Positions 10,396 through 20,154 of a DNA stretch of 25,236 nt are shown here, piece by piece (the first letter of the stretch is position 1; each line of letters begins with the position of its first letter). Under the pieces are notes generated by a model that was not told where the DNA came from, searched no databases, and worked only from the letters and a program-made list of their open reading frames with translations. Source of the stretch: a candidate division WOR-3 bacterium (GTDB taxonomy: Bacteria; Hydrothermota; Tepidihabitantia; Tepidihabitantales; JAOUPE01); the NCBI GenBank assembly GCA_039801565.1, contig JBDRUX010000021.1:1-25236 (forward strand). Reading direction: 5' to 3'. A program made the position numbers and the translations under genes.

Positions 10396-10582
10396 GTAAT
10401 GTGAAGTGAAGAACTTAGGGCTTGACTATTTTTCAAAGGTTCACGCTCAACGGTCACGAATGCGTAGCATAGGTTGAGTGAAACGAGACCAATCACGGAT
10501 TTCATTCCATTCTCTTCGTTATTTGAAATAGATTTCACTTCGTGCAGGTTGATTCCTCGCATTACGCCTGCAATGCGAAAAG

Positions 10583-10785
10583 ATACAGCGATATTTTACA
10601 CTTGAATATTGGATTGACGAAGGTTGGTATGTTGGGAGGCTAAAGAAGTTCCTGGGGTGTTCAGTCAGGGTGAAACTCTTGAAGAGTTGGAAGAAAATAT
10701 CCGCGAGGCTTATAAACTAATGATCGAAGAAGAAGTTTTACCGTTTGCTGAAATTCAGACTAAGGAATTAAAGGTTGAGGTGTGA
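10583..10785 (+). pseudogene. hicB: HicB-family antitoxin, disrupted
   Basis: Manual translation across one missing A (~10642-10644): xQRYFTLEYWIDEGWYVGRL/KEVPGVFSQGETLEELEENIREAYKLMIEEEVLPFAEIQTKELKVEV*; the expected start codon reads ATA. Confidence 0.8.
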
Positions 10786-10960
10786 AGCGAAGTGAATTCA
10801 TTCGGGAACTGGTTGATAAAGGGTGCTTTTGAAGCGGCATGGCAGGAAACACGAACATATACTTAAATCCCCAAATGGGAGAAAAGCACCTGTTCCCCGA
10901 CACACCGAAATAAAAAATTCGCTTTGTGAGCTAATAAGAAAACAACTTGGACTAAAATAA
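10782..10960 (+). pseudogene. hicA: HicA-family mRNA interferase toxin, frameshifted
   Basis: GTG overlapping the hicB stop; MKRSEFIRELVDKGCF/(L)KRHGRKH...NGRKAPVPRHTEIKNSLCELIRKQLGLK*; one T missing in the T-run at ~10827-10830. Confidence 0.8.
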
Positions 10961-11080
10961 AGGATGGAGATTTCGCCCCACCCGCATGTTCTTAAACGGT
11001 TCAGGGTCAACGGACACAAGTGACGGTTGCACCACCTTATTTCCTTGGATTATAAACTTTCGGTTAGAAATTTCTGACGC

Positions 11081-11108
11081 TTGACAATGATGCTTAGCCA
11101 ATTATAAT
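11081..11108 (+). promoter_or_regulatory. Consensus sigma70 promoter of the MNT-HEPN operon (leaderless)
   Basis: TTGACA (11081-11086) - 16 bp - TATAAT (11103-11108) - 5 bp - ATG (11114). Confidence 0.8.
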
Positions 11109-11113
11109 AAAAT

Positions 11114-11563
11114 ATGATAAGAAACAAAAGAATAACGCAGAAAATCGAACCTCGACTTCCACTACTGGCTGAGGCTTTAAGACAAGAAAGTGATGTAATC
11201 TTTACTTACCTTTTCGGTTCTTATGGTAAGGGTAAGGTTTCGCCCCTTTCAGATATCGATATTGCGGTTTACCTTGATAAAAATAAGGTAAATGATATAT
11301 TCGAGCGAAAACTCGAGTTGAATTACATTGTGACAAGCGTTCTAAAAACCGACGAAGTAGATTTAATAGTTCTTAATGAAGCGTCTTTACCTTTAATCCA
11401 TCAAGTCTTAATGACTGGTCGCCTTTTATTTTCTAAAGATGAGGCAACAAGGATTACTTTTGAAGTAAAGGCGCAAAAGCTTTATTTCGATGCTGAGCCG
11501 CTGCGAAGAATATCTTGGCTGGCATTAAAGGAGAGATTAAAAGATGGCAGATTCGGTCATTAA
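11114..11563 (+). CDS. MNT (minimal nucleotidyltransferase) antitoxin, MntA-like
   Basis: GSx10DxD motif: YLFGSYGKGKVSPLSDIDIAV; VDLIVLN. Confidence 0.92.
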   Translation: MIRNKRITQKIEPRLPLLAEALRQESDVIFTYLFGSYGKGKVSPLSDIDIAVYLDKNKVNDIFERKLELNYIVTSVLKTDEVDLIVLNEASLPLIHQVLMTGRLLFSKDEATRITFEVKAQKLYFDAEPLRRISWLALKERLKDGRFGH

Positions 11564-11972
11564 TGATTCGATACGGAAGCGCATCGAGAGAATTGAAGCC
11601 TGTCTAAAAAAGCTTGAGAAAAAACGGCAATTAACCTTGGACGAATTTCTTGCGGATTCGGAAAGTCAAGATGTTGTCTTATATAATTTTCAGATTGCGA
11701 TTGATAGCTGTTTAGATATCGGCTCTCAGATTATTGCCGAACGGGGTTGGCGGGCAGCCGAAACTTATGCCGATATTCCAAAGATATTAGTTGAGAATAA
11801 AGTGATACCAAAAGAATATGAGAAAACATTTGTTAATATGGCTAAATTTCGGAATGTTATTGTCCACGAATATCTCTATGTTGATTTAGTTAAAGTTTAC
11901 TACAATTTATTAAAAGTGGAGGACATTAAGAAATTTTTATTGTTTATAGAGGAATTTTTAGAAAAGAAGTAG
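11544..11972 (+). CDS. HEPN (DUF86) ribonuclease toxin, HepT-like
   Basis: RX4HXY motif FRNVIVHEY; overlaps the MNT gene. Confidence 0.92.
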   Translation: MADSVINDSIRKRIERIEACLKKLEKKRQLTLDEFLADSESQDVVLYNFQIAIDSCLDIGSQIIAERGWRAAETYADIPKILVENKVIPKEYEKTFVNMAKFRNVIVHEYLYVDLVKVYYNLLKVEDIKKFLLFIEEFLEKK

Positions 11973-12067
11973 GTCAAAAAAATTAGGCCGGGATTTTTCC
12001 CCATCCTTATTTTTTCAACGGTAAGACGATGGAAATAAAATCCGTTGGTTTGTTGCAAAAAGTCTCG

Positions 12068-12868
12068 TCATTTCAAAATCAGGTGTTTTCTGGTTACGAC
12101 TCTTTCTCCCAAATCTGCTTTGAGAAAATAGATACCGGAAGGCAGGAAAGATAAGTCTTTCTTTAGATGAGATATCCCTTCCGGAACGAAAATTTGGAAA
12201 GAAAGAATTCTTTCACCTGAGCGGCTATAAAGCGATAAAGATACATTTGTTGGTTTGGGAAGGTTAAACGACAGTTCTATCTCTTTCCCAATGCTGCGAG
12301 CAGAGAAATACGCCGGAAGGAAGTCTGGGGAAGTTTCTTTTATATCTCCTGAAGTAATTTGTAACGGCTGATCCAGTATACTATCGCCATAATAAATAGT
12401 GTAGCCTCCTGGCTCACGCTCAAAAGCGCCTGTTCTATAATCTATGAGATAACTCCCTGGAATCGAGGCGGTAGTAACGAAAAGATATACCGTTGCTGTG
12501 TATGAGCTTTGAGTAATACCCTGATAAGGACTGGTTCCAAATGCCAACCAATCCATATTCGGGTCAGGGGGATACGAAGACCTCATATTTTCAATTATAG
12601 TATCATTTGTTGTTCTCACGAGTTCCGTAAATCCGTTACCTGTATTATATCTTATACTTTCAACAGAAACACCTAACGGCAGCATCATAGCTAACCAACC
12701 ACAAAGGGTATCCGAAGTTCCATCAAATGTCCCATTGACTGTGATAGTAAATCGTTGATCAATGCTCACGGAAGATGGTTGTATCACATTATCGAGATAG
12801 ACACAAAACACGAAAAGTAATAAGAATGATAGGATTATTTTTGTATGATGCATCTGCGTCTCCATTTT
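12068..12868 (-). CDS. Secreted protein with Por/T9SS-type C-terminal sorting-like domain (start uncertain, 12853-12925)
   Basis: Hydrophobic IILSFLLLFVFCV; tail FNLPKPTNVSLSLYSRSGERI...LPSGIYFLK...RKHLILK. Confidence 0.7.
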   Translation of the reverse strand, partial: KMETQMHHTKIILSFLLLFVFCVYLDNVIQPSSVSIDQRFTITVNGTFDGTSDTLCGWLAMMLPLGVSVESIRYNTGNGFTELVRTTNDTIIENMRSSYPPDPNMDWLAFGTSPYQGITQSSYTATVYLFVTTASIPGSYLIDYRTGAFEREPGGYTIYYGDSILDQPLQITSGDIKETSPDFLPAYFSARSIGKEIELSFNLPKPTNVSLSLYSRSGERILSFQIFVPEGISHLKKDLSFLPSGIYFLKADLGERVVTRKHLILK

Positions 12869-12945
12869 GATACCCTTGTGCACCAACGGGGATATCTTTT
12901 CTCGTCTTTGGCTCGGTGCCGCCATACCATTTTAACTTGCTTTCC

Positions 12946-13425
12946 TTAATGGGCTATATTCTTTGAGAGTTTTACGCTTGGAATTACAGAGGCGCTTTTG
13001 AAAATTGGAGCTTTCTTCACAGTGTAAATAGCGGTATCCGAATCTGTATTTCCATCCCAATCTACAACAGCAACAGACTTCCACTCAAGATCGCTTTCGC
13101 CCCAATTAAAGACTGTAATATACTCCCAGTATAATGTATCCGTTTCGCCCGGCTTCACTTCTGGAATTAATGGAGCTGAAAAAGAGAGGTTTATTATAGT
13201 ATCAACCTCGCCCTGGTTCCATCCATTTATACACTCCTCCCATATGCAAAATCGATTTACACTAACTTTCCCCCCTTCGTTTTTCACTATCAGGTAACGA
13301 TAAATATTTTCACCACTTCTCAGCTCGGATGGTGTGACAATTAGTTCAACTGAAAGGGGACCTGGCTTTTTTTTGCATGCGATAAGCAGCATTATTAGTA
13401 TAAAGACAAGGAATTTTTTAATCAT
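12946..13425 (-). CDS. Putative lipoprotein (beta-rich, Ig-like)
   Basis: MIKKFLVFILIMLLIA-C lipobox; GGAGG SD. Confidence 0.75.
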   Translation of the reverse strand: MIKKFLVFILIMLLIACKKKPGPLSVELIVTPSELRSGENIYRYLIVKNEGGKVSVNRFCIWEECINGWNQGEVDTIINLSFSAPLIPEVKPGETDTLYWEYITVFNWGESDLEWKSVAVVDWDGNTDSDTAIYTVKKAPIFKSASVIPSVKLSKNIAH

Positions 13426-13485
13426 AGTTTCCCTCCATTTTTTGATCCCGTAGACTATATGTCATCAAATTGCGACCAGGCAGTT

Positions 13486-14175
13486 TTAGAATTTGACACC
13501 GAACCCAAAACCCAACTGTTTTTGCGAAGCCTCACTATCACCTAATCCAAAGAAATATGAATACTCTCCCATAAGCCTTGCCGGTCCGAGATTGAAGCTA
13601 ATGCCAAATGTTCCGCCAAGCAAATGAGAAGTTGTGTTAACTTTTGTCACCGCACCATCCTTTTCTTTACGTCCACTTGCCATACGAAGGGTATACCGTG
13701 GGGTAAGATAAGGCGTAAACCATTCAACAAAATGTAGGGAGGTGTAAATTGGAACGAAAATGTCACTTACTCTCACTGTCGTTTTCTCGGCAGTTGTTCC
13801 CGAAATTATTAGTTTGGTTTCCCATTTACCGCCACCTATATACCCAAGTCCTACAGCAATTGGGGCAACTTTTTTATTTAAGATACCATACTTTATGCCG
13901 AATGCTAGATTGGTTGGAAAAGAATATTTAGCCTCTACATCCAAATTTTTAAGTATGCCATACCTGCCCCAAAAGTCAGCTGCTATTACAGGTACAAAAA
14001 CTGTTGTATCAGTAATCGCTGGGACGTTACCTTCTGCCACACCAAAATCAAGACCTGCACCAAGTTCTTTTTTTCCTTTGCCAAGGCACTGAGCGGTGTG
14101 AAAATTAGAAACAGAAACGCAACTAGCCACCAAAATTAGGCTACATAGTAAAATTATTTTTAGATTAGCAACCAT
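13486..14175 (-). CDS. Putative outer-membrane beta-barrel protein with lipobox
   Basis: LVAS-C lipobox, alternating amphipathic strands, terminal GFGFGVKF; AGGAGG SD. Confidence 0.75.
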   Translation of the reverse strand: MVANLKIILLCSLILVASCVSVSNFHTAQCLGKGKKELGAGLDFGVAEGNVPAITDTTVFVPVIAADFWGRYGILKNLDVEAKYSFPTNLAFGIKYGILNKKVAPIAVGLGYIGGGKWETKLIISGTTAEKTTVRVSDIFVPIYTSLHFVEWFTPYLTPRYTLRMASGRKEKDGAVTKVNTTSHLLGGTFGISFNLGPARLMGEYSYFFGLGDSEASQKQLGFGFGVKF

Positions 14176-14481
14176 TTTAGCCTCCTTGACTTCGCAAACC
14201 TGGACCCGATAAAATGTTGAACTCAGGTCGCAATTTCCATTTGCAAGGTACTTTTTCTTTATCTCTCCGCGCCTTGCTCAGGGAGAGAAAGATTTGCCGA
14301 AATTAAATCGGCAGTTACAAAATATAACTCGTTTTGAAGATAATTCACCTCCTTTCCGGTGAACGGATTTTACGAATGAACACAAACTTAATGAATTATT
14401 TAAATTTTTGGGGCTTTCTGACAGACTTGCCTTTTTATTTAATTCGACCAGCGACTCCATAATTTACTCTTCTTGCCATCA

Positions 14482-14509
14482 AGAATACTAAAATTTTTCA
14501 ACCTGTCAA
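14482..14509 (-). promoter_or_regulatory. Candidate sigma70 promoter ~300 bp upstream of the exported-protein cluster
   Basis: TTGACA (14509-14504) - 16 bp - TATTCT (14487-14482). Confidence 0.5.
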
Positions 14510-14850
14510 GTAGATAAAATAGATAAAAATTATTACTTATTTATTTAACTCATTAAGATAAAAGAAATTATATAATAAGTTTATGGAACGTTAGGGTTAT
14601 TGATTGGGGGGGTAAAAAATTGGATTTTCGAGAATAAAAATCGGAATATTCAGACTGATTACAATGGTAATTTATTTGTGGATAAAAGTAAGGGATTAGC
14701 CTTTGGCAGATTATCTTTAGTATTTTATCTCAAAATATCAAAAAAACATATTGAATTCCGAAACAAGCAAGAGCAGACAAACTTGTCCGACCCTGACTAT
14801 GAGTTACACCGATGATAAGATTAAAATAAACTTAAGAATGAACTAGTTCC

Positions 14851-16401
14851 TTAAAGTGGTATGTTGCCGTGTTTTTTGGGTGGTAGCCTGTCCCGTTTGT
14901 TCTCAAGCATCTTTAAATATTTGATTAACTCGGGTCGGGTCTCTCTTGGTTCGATAATGTCATCAACATAACCCCTCGCGGCAGCAACATAAGGATTGGC
15001 AAATTTATTCCGATAGTCTTCAATTAATTTCTGCCTTAAGCCCTTAGGGTCATCGGCTTCTGCCAGTTCTTTGCGATACATAATATTTACCGCACCCTCT
15101 GGTCCCATCACCGCCAACTCCGCTGTAGGCCAGGCTAAATTGATGTCCGCCCGTACCTGTTTTGAGCCTAAGACGCAATAGGCGCCACCATAGGATTTTC
15201 GAGTTATAATGGTAATCTTGGGCACAGTCGCTTCACAATAGGCGTAGAGTAATTTTGCCCCGTGCTTAATGATTCCACCGTGTTCCTGATTGACTCCAGG
15301 TAAAAATCCTGGTACATCTTCAAAGGTGATAATTGGGATATTAAAACAGTCACAGAATCGGACAAATCTTGCCCCTTTGATTGACGAATCAATATCTAAT
15401 ACCCCAGCCAATACTGATGGCTGTTGGGCTAAAATTCCTACAACCCGACCATCCAATCGAGCAAAACCAACAATAATGTTTTGGGCATAATGTTCGTGGA
15501 CTTCTAAGAAACTATCAATGTCCATAACCCTTCTTATCACCTCTTTCATATCATAGGGCTTATTCGGGTCATCAGGAATAATTTGATTCAGTTCATTGTC
15601 GGTTCGGTTTGGGTCATCGGTCGGTTCAATTCGGGGCGGTTCTTCAAGGTTATTCAAAGGCAGGTAATCGAATAATCTTCTAATGCCAGCAATGCATTCC
15701 TGGTCATTGGCAGCGATGAAATGGGCAACCCCGGATTTGGTAGTATGGACTTGGGCACCACCCAATTCATCAAATGTCACCTCTTCGTGAGTTACAGTCT
15801 TTACCACCTCTGGTCCGGTAATGAACATATAACTTGTTCCCCGCACCATAAAGATAAAATCGGTTAGAGCCGGTGAATAGACCGCACCACCAGCACAAGG
15901 TCCCATAATTGCCGAAATCTGTGGTACCACTCCTGATGCGATAGTATTTCGCCAGAAGATTTCAGCATAGGCAGCAAGACTGACAACGCCTTCCTGAATC
16001 CGAGCACCACCAGAGTCATTTAGACCAATAATTGGCACACCCATTTTTAAGGCTTTATCCATTATCTTACAGACCTTTTCGCCAAAGGCTTCGGAGAGAG
16101 TTCCGCCAAAAGCAGTGAAGTCTTGGGAAAAGACAAAGACCGGACGACCGTTGATTTTGCCATAACCAGTTATGACACCGTCACCCAAAATCTTTTTCTC
16201 TTGCATCCCAAATTCAAAAATTCGATGGGTAACAAAGGCATCAAATTCGGTAAAACTACCAGGGTCGAGTAAAAGTTCTAAGCGTTCGCGGGCGGTAAGT
16301 TTCCCAGCCTGATGCTGTTTTTCAATGCGCTCTTTACCACCACCCAGCTTTGCTTTTTCGCGCATCTCGTTTAAGCGTTTAATACCCTCTTCCATTTTCA
16401 T
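14851..16401 (-). CDS. Acyl-CoA carboxylase/decarboxylase carboxyltransferase subunit (PccB/MmdA family)
   Basis: [56 protein letters not shown]. Confidence 0.95.
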   Translation of the reverse strand: MKMEEGIKRLNEMREKAKLGGGKERIEKQHQAGKLTARERLELLLDPGSFTEFDAFVTHRIFEFGMQEKKILGDGVITGYGKINGRPVFVFSQDFTAFGGTLSEAFGEKVCKIMDKALKMGVPIIGLNDSGGARIQEGVVSLAAYAEIFWRNTIASGVVPQISAIMGPCAGGAVYSPALTDFIFMVRGTSYMFITGPEVVKTVTHEEVTFDELGGAQVHTTKSGVAHFIAANDQECIAGIRRLFDYLPLNNLEEPPRIEPTDDPNRTDNELNQIIPDDPNKPYDMKEVIRRVMDIDSFLEVHEHYAQNIIVGFARLDGRVVGILAQQPSVLAGVLDIDSSIKGARFVRFCDCFNIPIITFEDVPGFLPGVNQEHGGIIKHGAKLLYAYCEATVPKITIITRKSYGGAYCVLGSKQVRADINLAWPTAELAVMGPEGAVNIMYRKELAEADDPKGLRQKLIEDYRNKFANPYVAAARGYVDDIIEPRETRPELIKYLKMLENKRDRLPPKKHGNIPL

Positions 16402-16413
16402 CGTAGCCTCCGG

Positions 16414-16815
16414 TTATTCAATCTTGAAATATTGTTTTAAATAGTCAATAATTTCTGATGTTGGTGTCCCAGGACCAAAGAGTCTACCCACTCCCATCTT
16501 CTGCAGTTCTGCCATATCTTCTTTAGGTATAATACCCCCACCGATTACGAGGATATCCGAAGCGCCTTTTTCTTTTAGTAATTGCAAGACCCTCGGAAAG
16601 ATTGTCATATGGGCACCAGAGAGTATGGAAAGCCCAACCACGTCCACATCTTCTTGGATTGCGGTTTCAACAATCATCTCCGGTGTCTGATGGAGACCGG
16701 TATAGATTACTTCAAATCCAGCATCCCTTAAAGCTCGGGCAACAACTTTTGCACCCCGGTCATGACCATCCAGACCGGGCTTGGCAACTAAAATCCGCAA
16801 TTTTTCTTTTTTCAT
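16414..16815 (-). CDS. Acyl-CoA mutase small (B12-binding) subunit
   Basis: [13 protein letters not shown] (DxHxxG), [23 protein letters not shown] 16815 with AAAGGAG SD. Confidence 0.95.
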   Translation of the reverse strand: MKKEKLRILVAKPGLDGHDRGAKVVARALRDAGFEVIYTGLHQTPEMIVETAIQEDVDVVGLSILSGAHMTIFPRVLQLLKEKGASDILVIGGGIIPKEDMAELQKMGVGRLFGPGTPTSEIIDYLKQYFKIE

Positions 16816-16828
16816 AAAGACTCCTTTG

Positions 16829-18487
16829 CTAAAACATTGGTGGTTCACGATAGGTGCCAAAGACCTCTTTCATTGCATTACAAATCTCACCCAATGTGGC
16901 ATATTCGCGTGCCGCCTCAATGATTGGTGGCATTATATTGTCCTTACCCTCGGCGGCTTGCTTTAATTCATCCAACCGTTTCTTCACTTTAATGTTATCT
17001 CGTTTCTTTCTTAATTCTTCTAATCGCCGATGCTGTTCTTCCTCGACGGTATAATCGATCTTTAGGATTGGAATCTCTAACTTCTCGCCTTCCATAACAA
17101 ATTCATTAACCCCAACCAGAATCTTCTCTTTCTTCTCCAAGGCTTTCTGGTAACGGTAGGCGGCTTGCGCAATCTCGCGTTGAGGAAAACCTTGTTCGAT
17201 CGCCTTTATCATTCCACCTAAGGCATCAATCTTTTCAAAATACTCGTAGGCACCTTCTTCTAACTTATTGGTCAGCGCCTCGACATAATAAGAACCCGCC
17301 AAAGGGTCAATCACATTAATCACCCCGGTTTCATAAGCTAAAATCTGTTGAGTTCTTAAGGCAATGAGTACCGCTTTTTCGGTTGGCAATGCCCAGGTCT
17401 CATCCATTGAGTTGGTATGGAGACTTTGCGTTCCGCCTAATACTGCTGCCAGCGCTTCGTAGGCAGTTCGGACAATATTATTTTCGGGTTGCTGGGCAGT
17501 CAAACTACAACCCGCGGTTTGAGTGTGAAAGCGCAAAAGCCAAGATTCTGGTTTCTTGGCTTTATATTTCTCTCTCATCACCTTTGCCCAAATCCTTCTT
17601 GCGGCACGGAATTTGGCAATCTCCTCAAAAAAGTCTAAATGGGAATCAAAGAAGAATGATAGTCTTGGGGCAAAGACATCAACATCTAAACCAGCATTGA
17701 TGCCAGCCTCAACATAAGTCATTCCGTCTTTTAAGGTGAATGCCAATTCTTGCAGGGCGGTCGAGCCAGCTTCTCTAATATGATAGCCGCTGATTGAAAT
17801 GGTGTTCCATTGGGGCACTTTTTCCGCAGCAAAAGCCATAATATCGGTGATGATTCGCATTGATGGTTCGGGTGGAAAGAGCCAGGATTTTTGGGCAATA
17901 TATTCCTTTAAGATATCGTTCTGAATTGTACCACGAATCTTATCCGAACTGACACCTTGTTTTTCCGCGGTCAAGATATAAAAAGCCCAGATAACTGATG
18001 CTGGACCATTGATTGTCATTGAGGTTGAGACCTTGTCTAAAGGGATACCATCAAATAATGTCTCCATATCTTTTAAAGAAGAGATAGCAACACCACACTT
18101 ACCAACTTCACCGTGACTTAAAGGGTCATCCGAATCCCGACCGTAAAGGGTTGGGAAATCAAAAGCGACTGATAGGCCAGTTTCGCCATGTTCTAAGAGC
18201 AATTTATATCGTTTATTTGTATCCATTGCGGTGCCGAAACCAGAAAATAGCCGCATTGTCCAGATTCGACCCCGATACATCGTATTTCTAATGCCACGGG
18301 TAAAAGGATATTCACCAGGAAAACCCAAATCGCGCAAGTAATCTAAATCTTTTATATCATCCGGGGCATAAACAATCTCAACCGGGATACCGGATATTGT
18401 CTCAAATTTCGGCATTGTGCATTGGGGATAATCTTTTAGTTTTTCCAGCCAACGTTTTTTTTCAGCTTTAATCTTGTCAATATCCAT
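16829..18487 (-). CDS. B12-dependent acyl-CoA mutase large subunit, isobutyryl-CoA-mutase-type active site
   Basis: [69 protein letters not shown]. Confidence 0.93.
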   Translation of the reverse strand: MDIDKIKAEKKRWLEKLKDYPQCTMPKFETISGIPVEIVYAPDDIKDLDYLRDLGFPGEYPFTRGIRNTMYRGRIWTMRLFSGFGTAMDTNKRYKLLLEHGETGLSVAFDFPTLYGRDSDDPLSHGEVGKCGVAISSLKDMETLFDGIPLDKVSTSMTINGPASVIWAFYILTAEKQGVSSDKIRGTIQNDILKEYIAQKSWLFPPEPSMRIITDIMAFAAEKVPQWNTISISGYHIREAGSTALQELAFTLKDGMTYVEAGINAGLDVDVFAPRLSFFFDSHLDFFEEIAKFRAARRIWAKVMREKYKAKKPESWLLRFHTQTAGCSLTAQQPENNIVRTAYEALAAVLGGTQSLHTNSMDETWALPTEKAVLIALRTQQILAYETGVINVIDPLAGSYYVEALTNKLEEGAYEYFEKIDALGGMIKAIEQGFPQREIAQAAYRYQKALEKKEKILVGVNEFVMEGEKLEIPILKIDYTVEEEQHRRLEELRKKRDNIKVKKRLDELKQAAEGKDNIMPPIIEAAREYATLGEICNAMKEVFGTYREPPMF

Positions 18488-18502
18488 CAACTCCCTCCTT
18501 TA

Positions 18503-19456
18503 CTATTTAAAATCTTGCCATTCTTTTAGGATTGCATCGGCAGCAAGGAATGGTGTCGTATTACCTCGCATCACTTCTGTAACCAATTCTTCTAACCGCT
18601 TTTGCACTTTTTCTAATTGCCACATCCGTTTTTTTATTCTGGTCTCCACCAGTTCGATAATTTCGTGTCTTATATTTTTGGCTTTTCGTTCGTTCAGGAG
18701 ATTACTGGTTTTTAAGAAATTTCGGTGCTCGACAATACTTGAATATAGTTCTTCAATTCCAGTATTTTCAGTGGCAATCGTTTTTATAACCGGTGGGTGC
18801 CATTGGTTTGATTTATTCCGCATTTCCAAGACCATTTCAATTTCTAAGGCTAAGCGGTCCGAACCTTCGCGGTCGGATTTATTCACGACAAAGATATCGC
18901 CAATCTCCATTAGCCCGGCTTTTAGTGTTTGAATTGAATCACCAGATTCCGGCACTAAAACAACAATGGTTGTAAAAGATGCTTCGGCGACATCTAATTC
19001 GACCTGACCAACACCGATTGTCTCAGTAATGATTATCTGTTGACCAAAGGCATCGAGTAGATCACAGACCTCTTTAGTCTTGCTTGCCAATCCACCTAAA
19101 CTGCCTCGGGTTGCCATACTTCGGATGAAGACGCCGGGGTCTAAAAAGAGTTCAGCCATTCTTACTCGGTCACCCAAGATAGCACCACCAGAAAATGGTG
19201 AGCTTGGGTCAACCGCAACAATTCCTACGGTTAGATTATCTTGTCGAAAACGAAGGGCAATCTTTTCAACCAAAGTACTTTTACCAGCGCCAGGTGGACC
19301 AGTCACACCAATCCGATAGGCACGCCCAATACGATTATAAACCTTATTAAGAATCTCATTTGCCATCTGATTATCATTTTCGACCATTGAGATTAGTTGG
19401 CCACAAGCCCTACGGTCACCAGCCCAAAACTGTTCAAGCAATTCGTCCAGTCCCAT
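18503..19456 (-). CDS. meaB: Mutase-associated GTPase chaperone MeaB/ArgK
   Basis: GVTGPPGAGKST, AVDPSSPFSGGAILGDRVRM, RSMATRG, ETIGVGQ, NKSD; start moved to ATG 19456 just after the upstream stop. Confidence 0.95.
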   Translation of the reverse strand: MGLDELLEQFWAGDRRACGQLISMVENDNQMANEILNKVYNRIGRAYRIGVTGPPGAGKSTLVEKIALRFRQDNLTVGIVAVDPSSPFSGGAILGDRVRMAELFLDPGVFIRSMATRGSLGGLASKTKEVCDLLDAFGQQIIITETIGVGQVELDVAEASFTTIVVLVPESGDSIQTLKAGLMEIGDIFVVNKSDREGSDRLALEIEMVLEMRNKSNQWHPPVIKTIATENTGIEELYSSIVEHRNFLKTSNLLNERKAKNIRHEIIELVETRIKKRMWQLEKVQKRLEELVTEVMRGNTTPFLAADAILKEWQDFK

Positions 19457-19457
19457 T

Positions 19458-19967
19458 TTAATAGTCAATCCCTTCTCGGCTAACATAACCTTTGGTGTAA
19501 GGGTGTTTAATTTCTTTAATCTCACTCACCAAATCCGCCAAGTCAATTAACTCTTTAGGTGCATAACGACCAGTAAGAACCAGTTCGATTGACTTTGGAC
19601 AAAGCTTAATCAATTCTAAGACTTCGGCTAACTTTACTAAACCATAATCAATCGCAACATTAATCTCATCTAAGATTATCATTTGGTATTGGTTACTCTG
19701 TAAAGCCTTTTTGGCAAAATTTAAGCCTTCTTGGGCTAATCTTATATCTTCCGGGCTTGGTTCGCCTTTTTTGATAAAGGTTGGCAGTCCAAATTGTCTT
19801 ATTTCAAAGTTCGGGATATCTTTCGTTGCAACAATCTCACCATAACTTTTATCGCCTTTCATAAATTGAATCATCAAAACTTTGAAGTTATGACCAAGGG
19901 CTCGGATTGCCTGACCAATTGCGGCAGTTGTTTTTCCTTTACCATCACCAGTATAGACCTGAATCAC
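19458..19967 (-). CDS. ATP:cob(I)alamin adenosyltransferase, CobA/CobO/BtuR type
   Basis: YTGDGKGKTTAA, IQFMKG, ILDEI, LVLTGR, KHPY..G. Confidence 0.94.
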   Translation of the reverse strand: MIQVYTGDGKGKTTAAIGQAIRALGHNFKVLMIQFMKGDKSYGEIVATKDIPNFEIRQFGLPTFIKKGEPSPEDIRLAQEGLNFAKKALQSNQYQMIILDEINVAIDYGLVKLAEVLELIKLCPKSIELVLTGRYAPKELIDLADLVSEIKEIKHPYTKGYVSREGIDY

Positions 19968-19975
19968 TAAAGAGT

Positions 19976-20056
19976 ATTCTAATCAAGACTATCGCTATGT
20001 CAAGAACCATAAGTCTCAACCAAAACATTGACAAATTGATAGTTTTTTAGTAGACT
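19976..20056. promoter_or_regulatory. Divergent sigma70 promoters (mutase operon / rocD operon)
   Basis: Minus strand: TTGACA 20003-19998 - 16 bp - TAGAAT 19981-19976. Plus strand: TTGACA 20028-20033 - 17 bp - TAGACT 20051-20056. Confidence 0.7.
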
Positions 20057-20154
20057 ATTAAATACCAGCATTGGCAATTCTAAGCACTTCCAGCACCAAA
20101 ATTTAATGAGAAATAAAAAGTGCTTAGAGAATAAATAAGAAAGGAGTCAATAAA

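Noticed and set aside
10798..11019. Track ORF on the minus strand
   Set aside because: Antisense shadow of the hicA pseudogene
14345..14356. TCACCTCCTTTC resembling the 16S rRNA 3' end
   Set aside because: Only 12 nt with no other rRNA sequence; it is the complement of an SD-like motif
14278..14815. Track ORFs 14278-14460 and 14600-14815
   Set aside because: Short, no convincing SD, no recognisable motifs, AT-rich intergenic context
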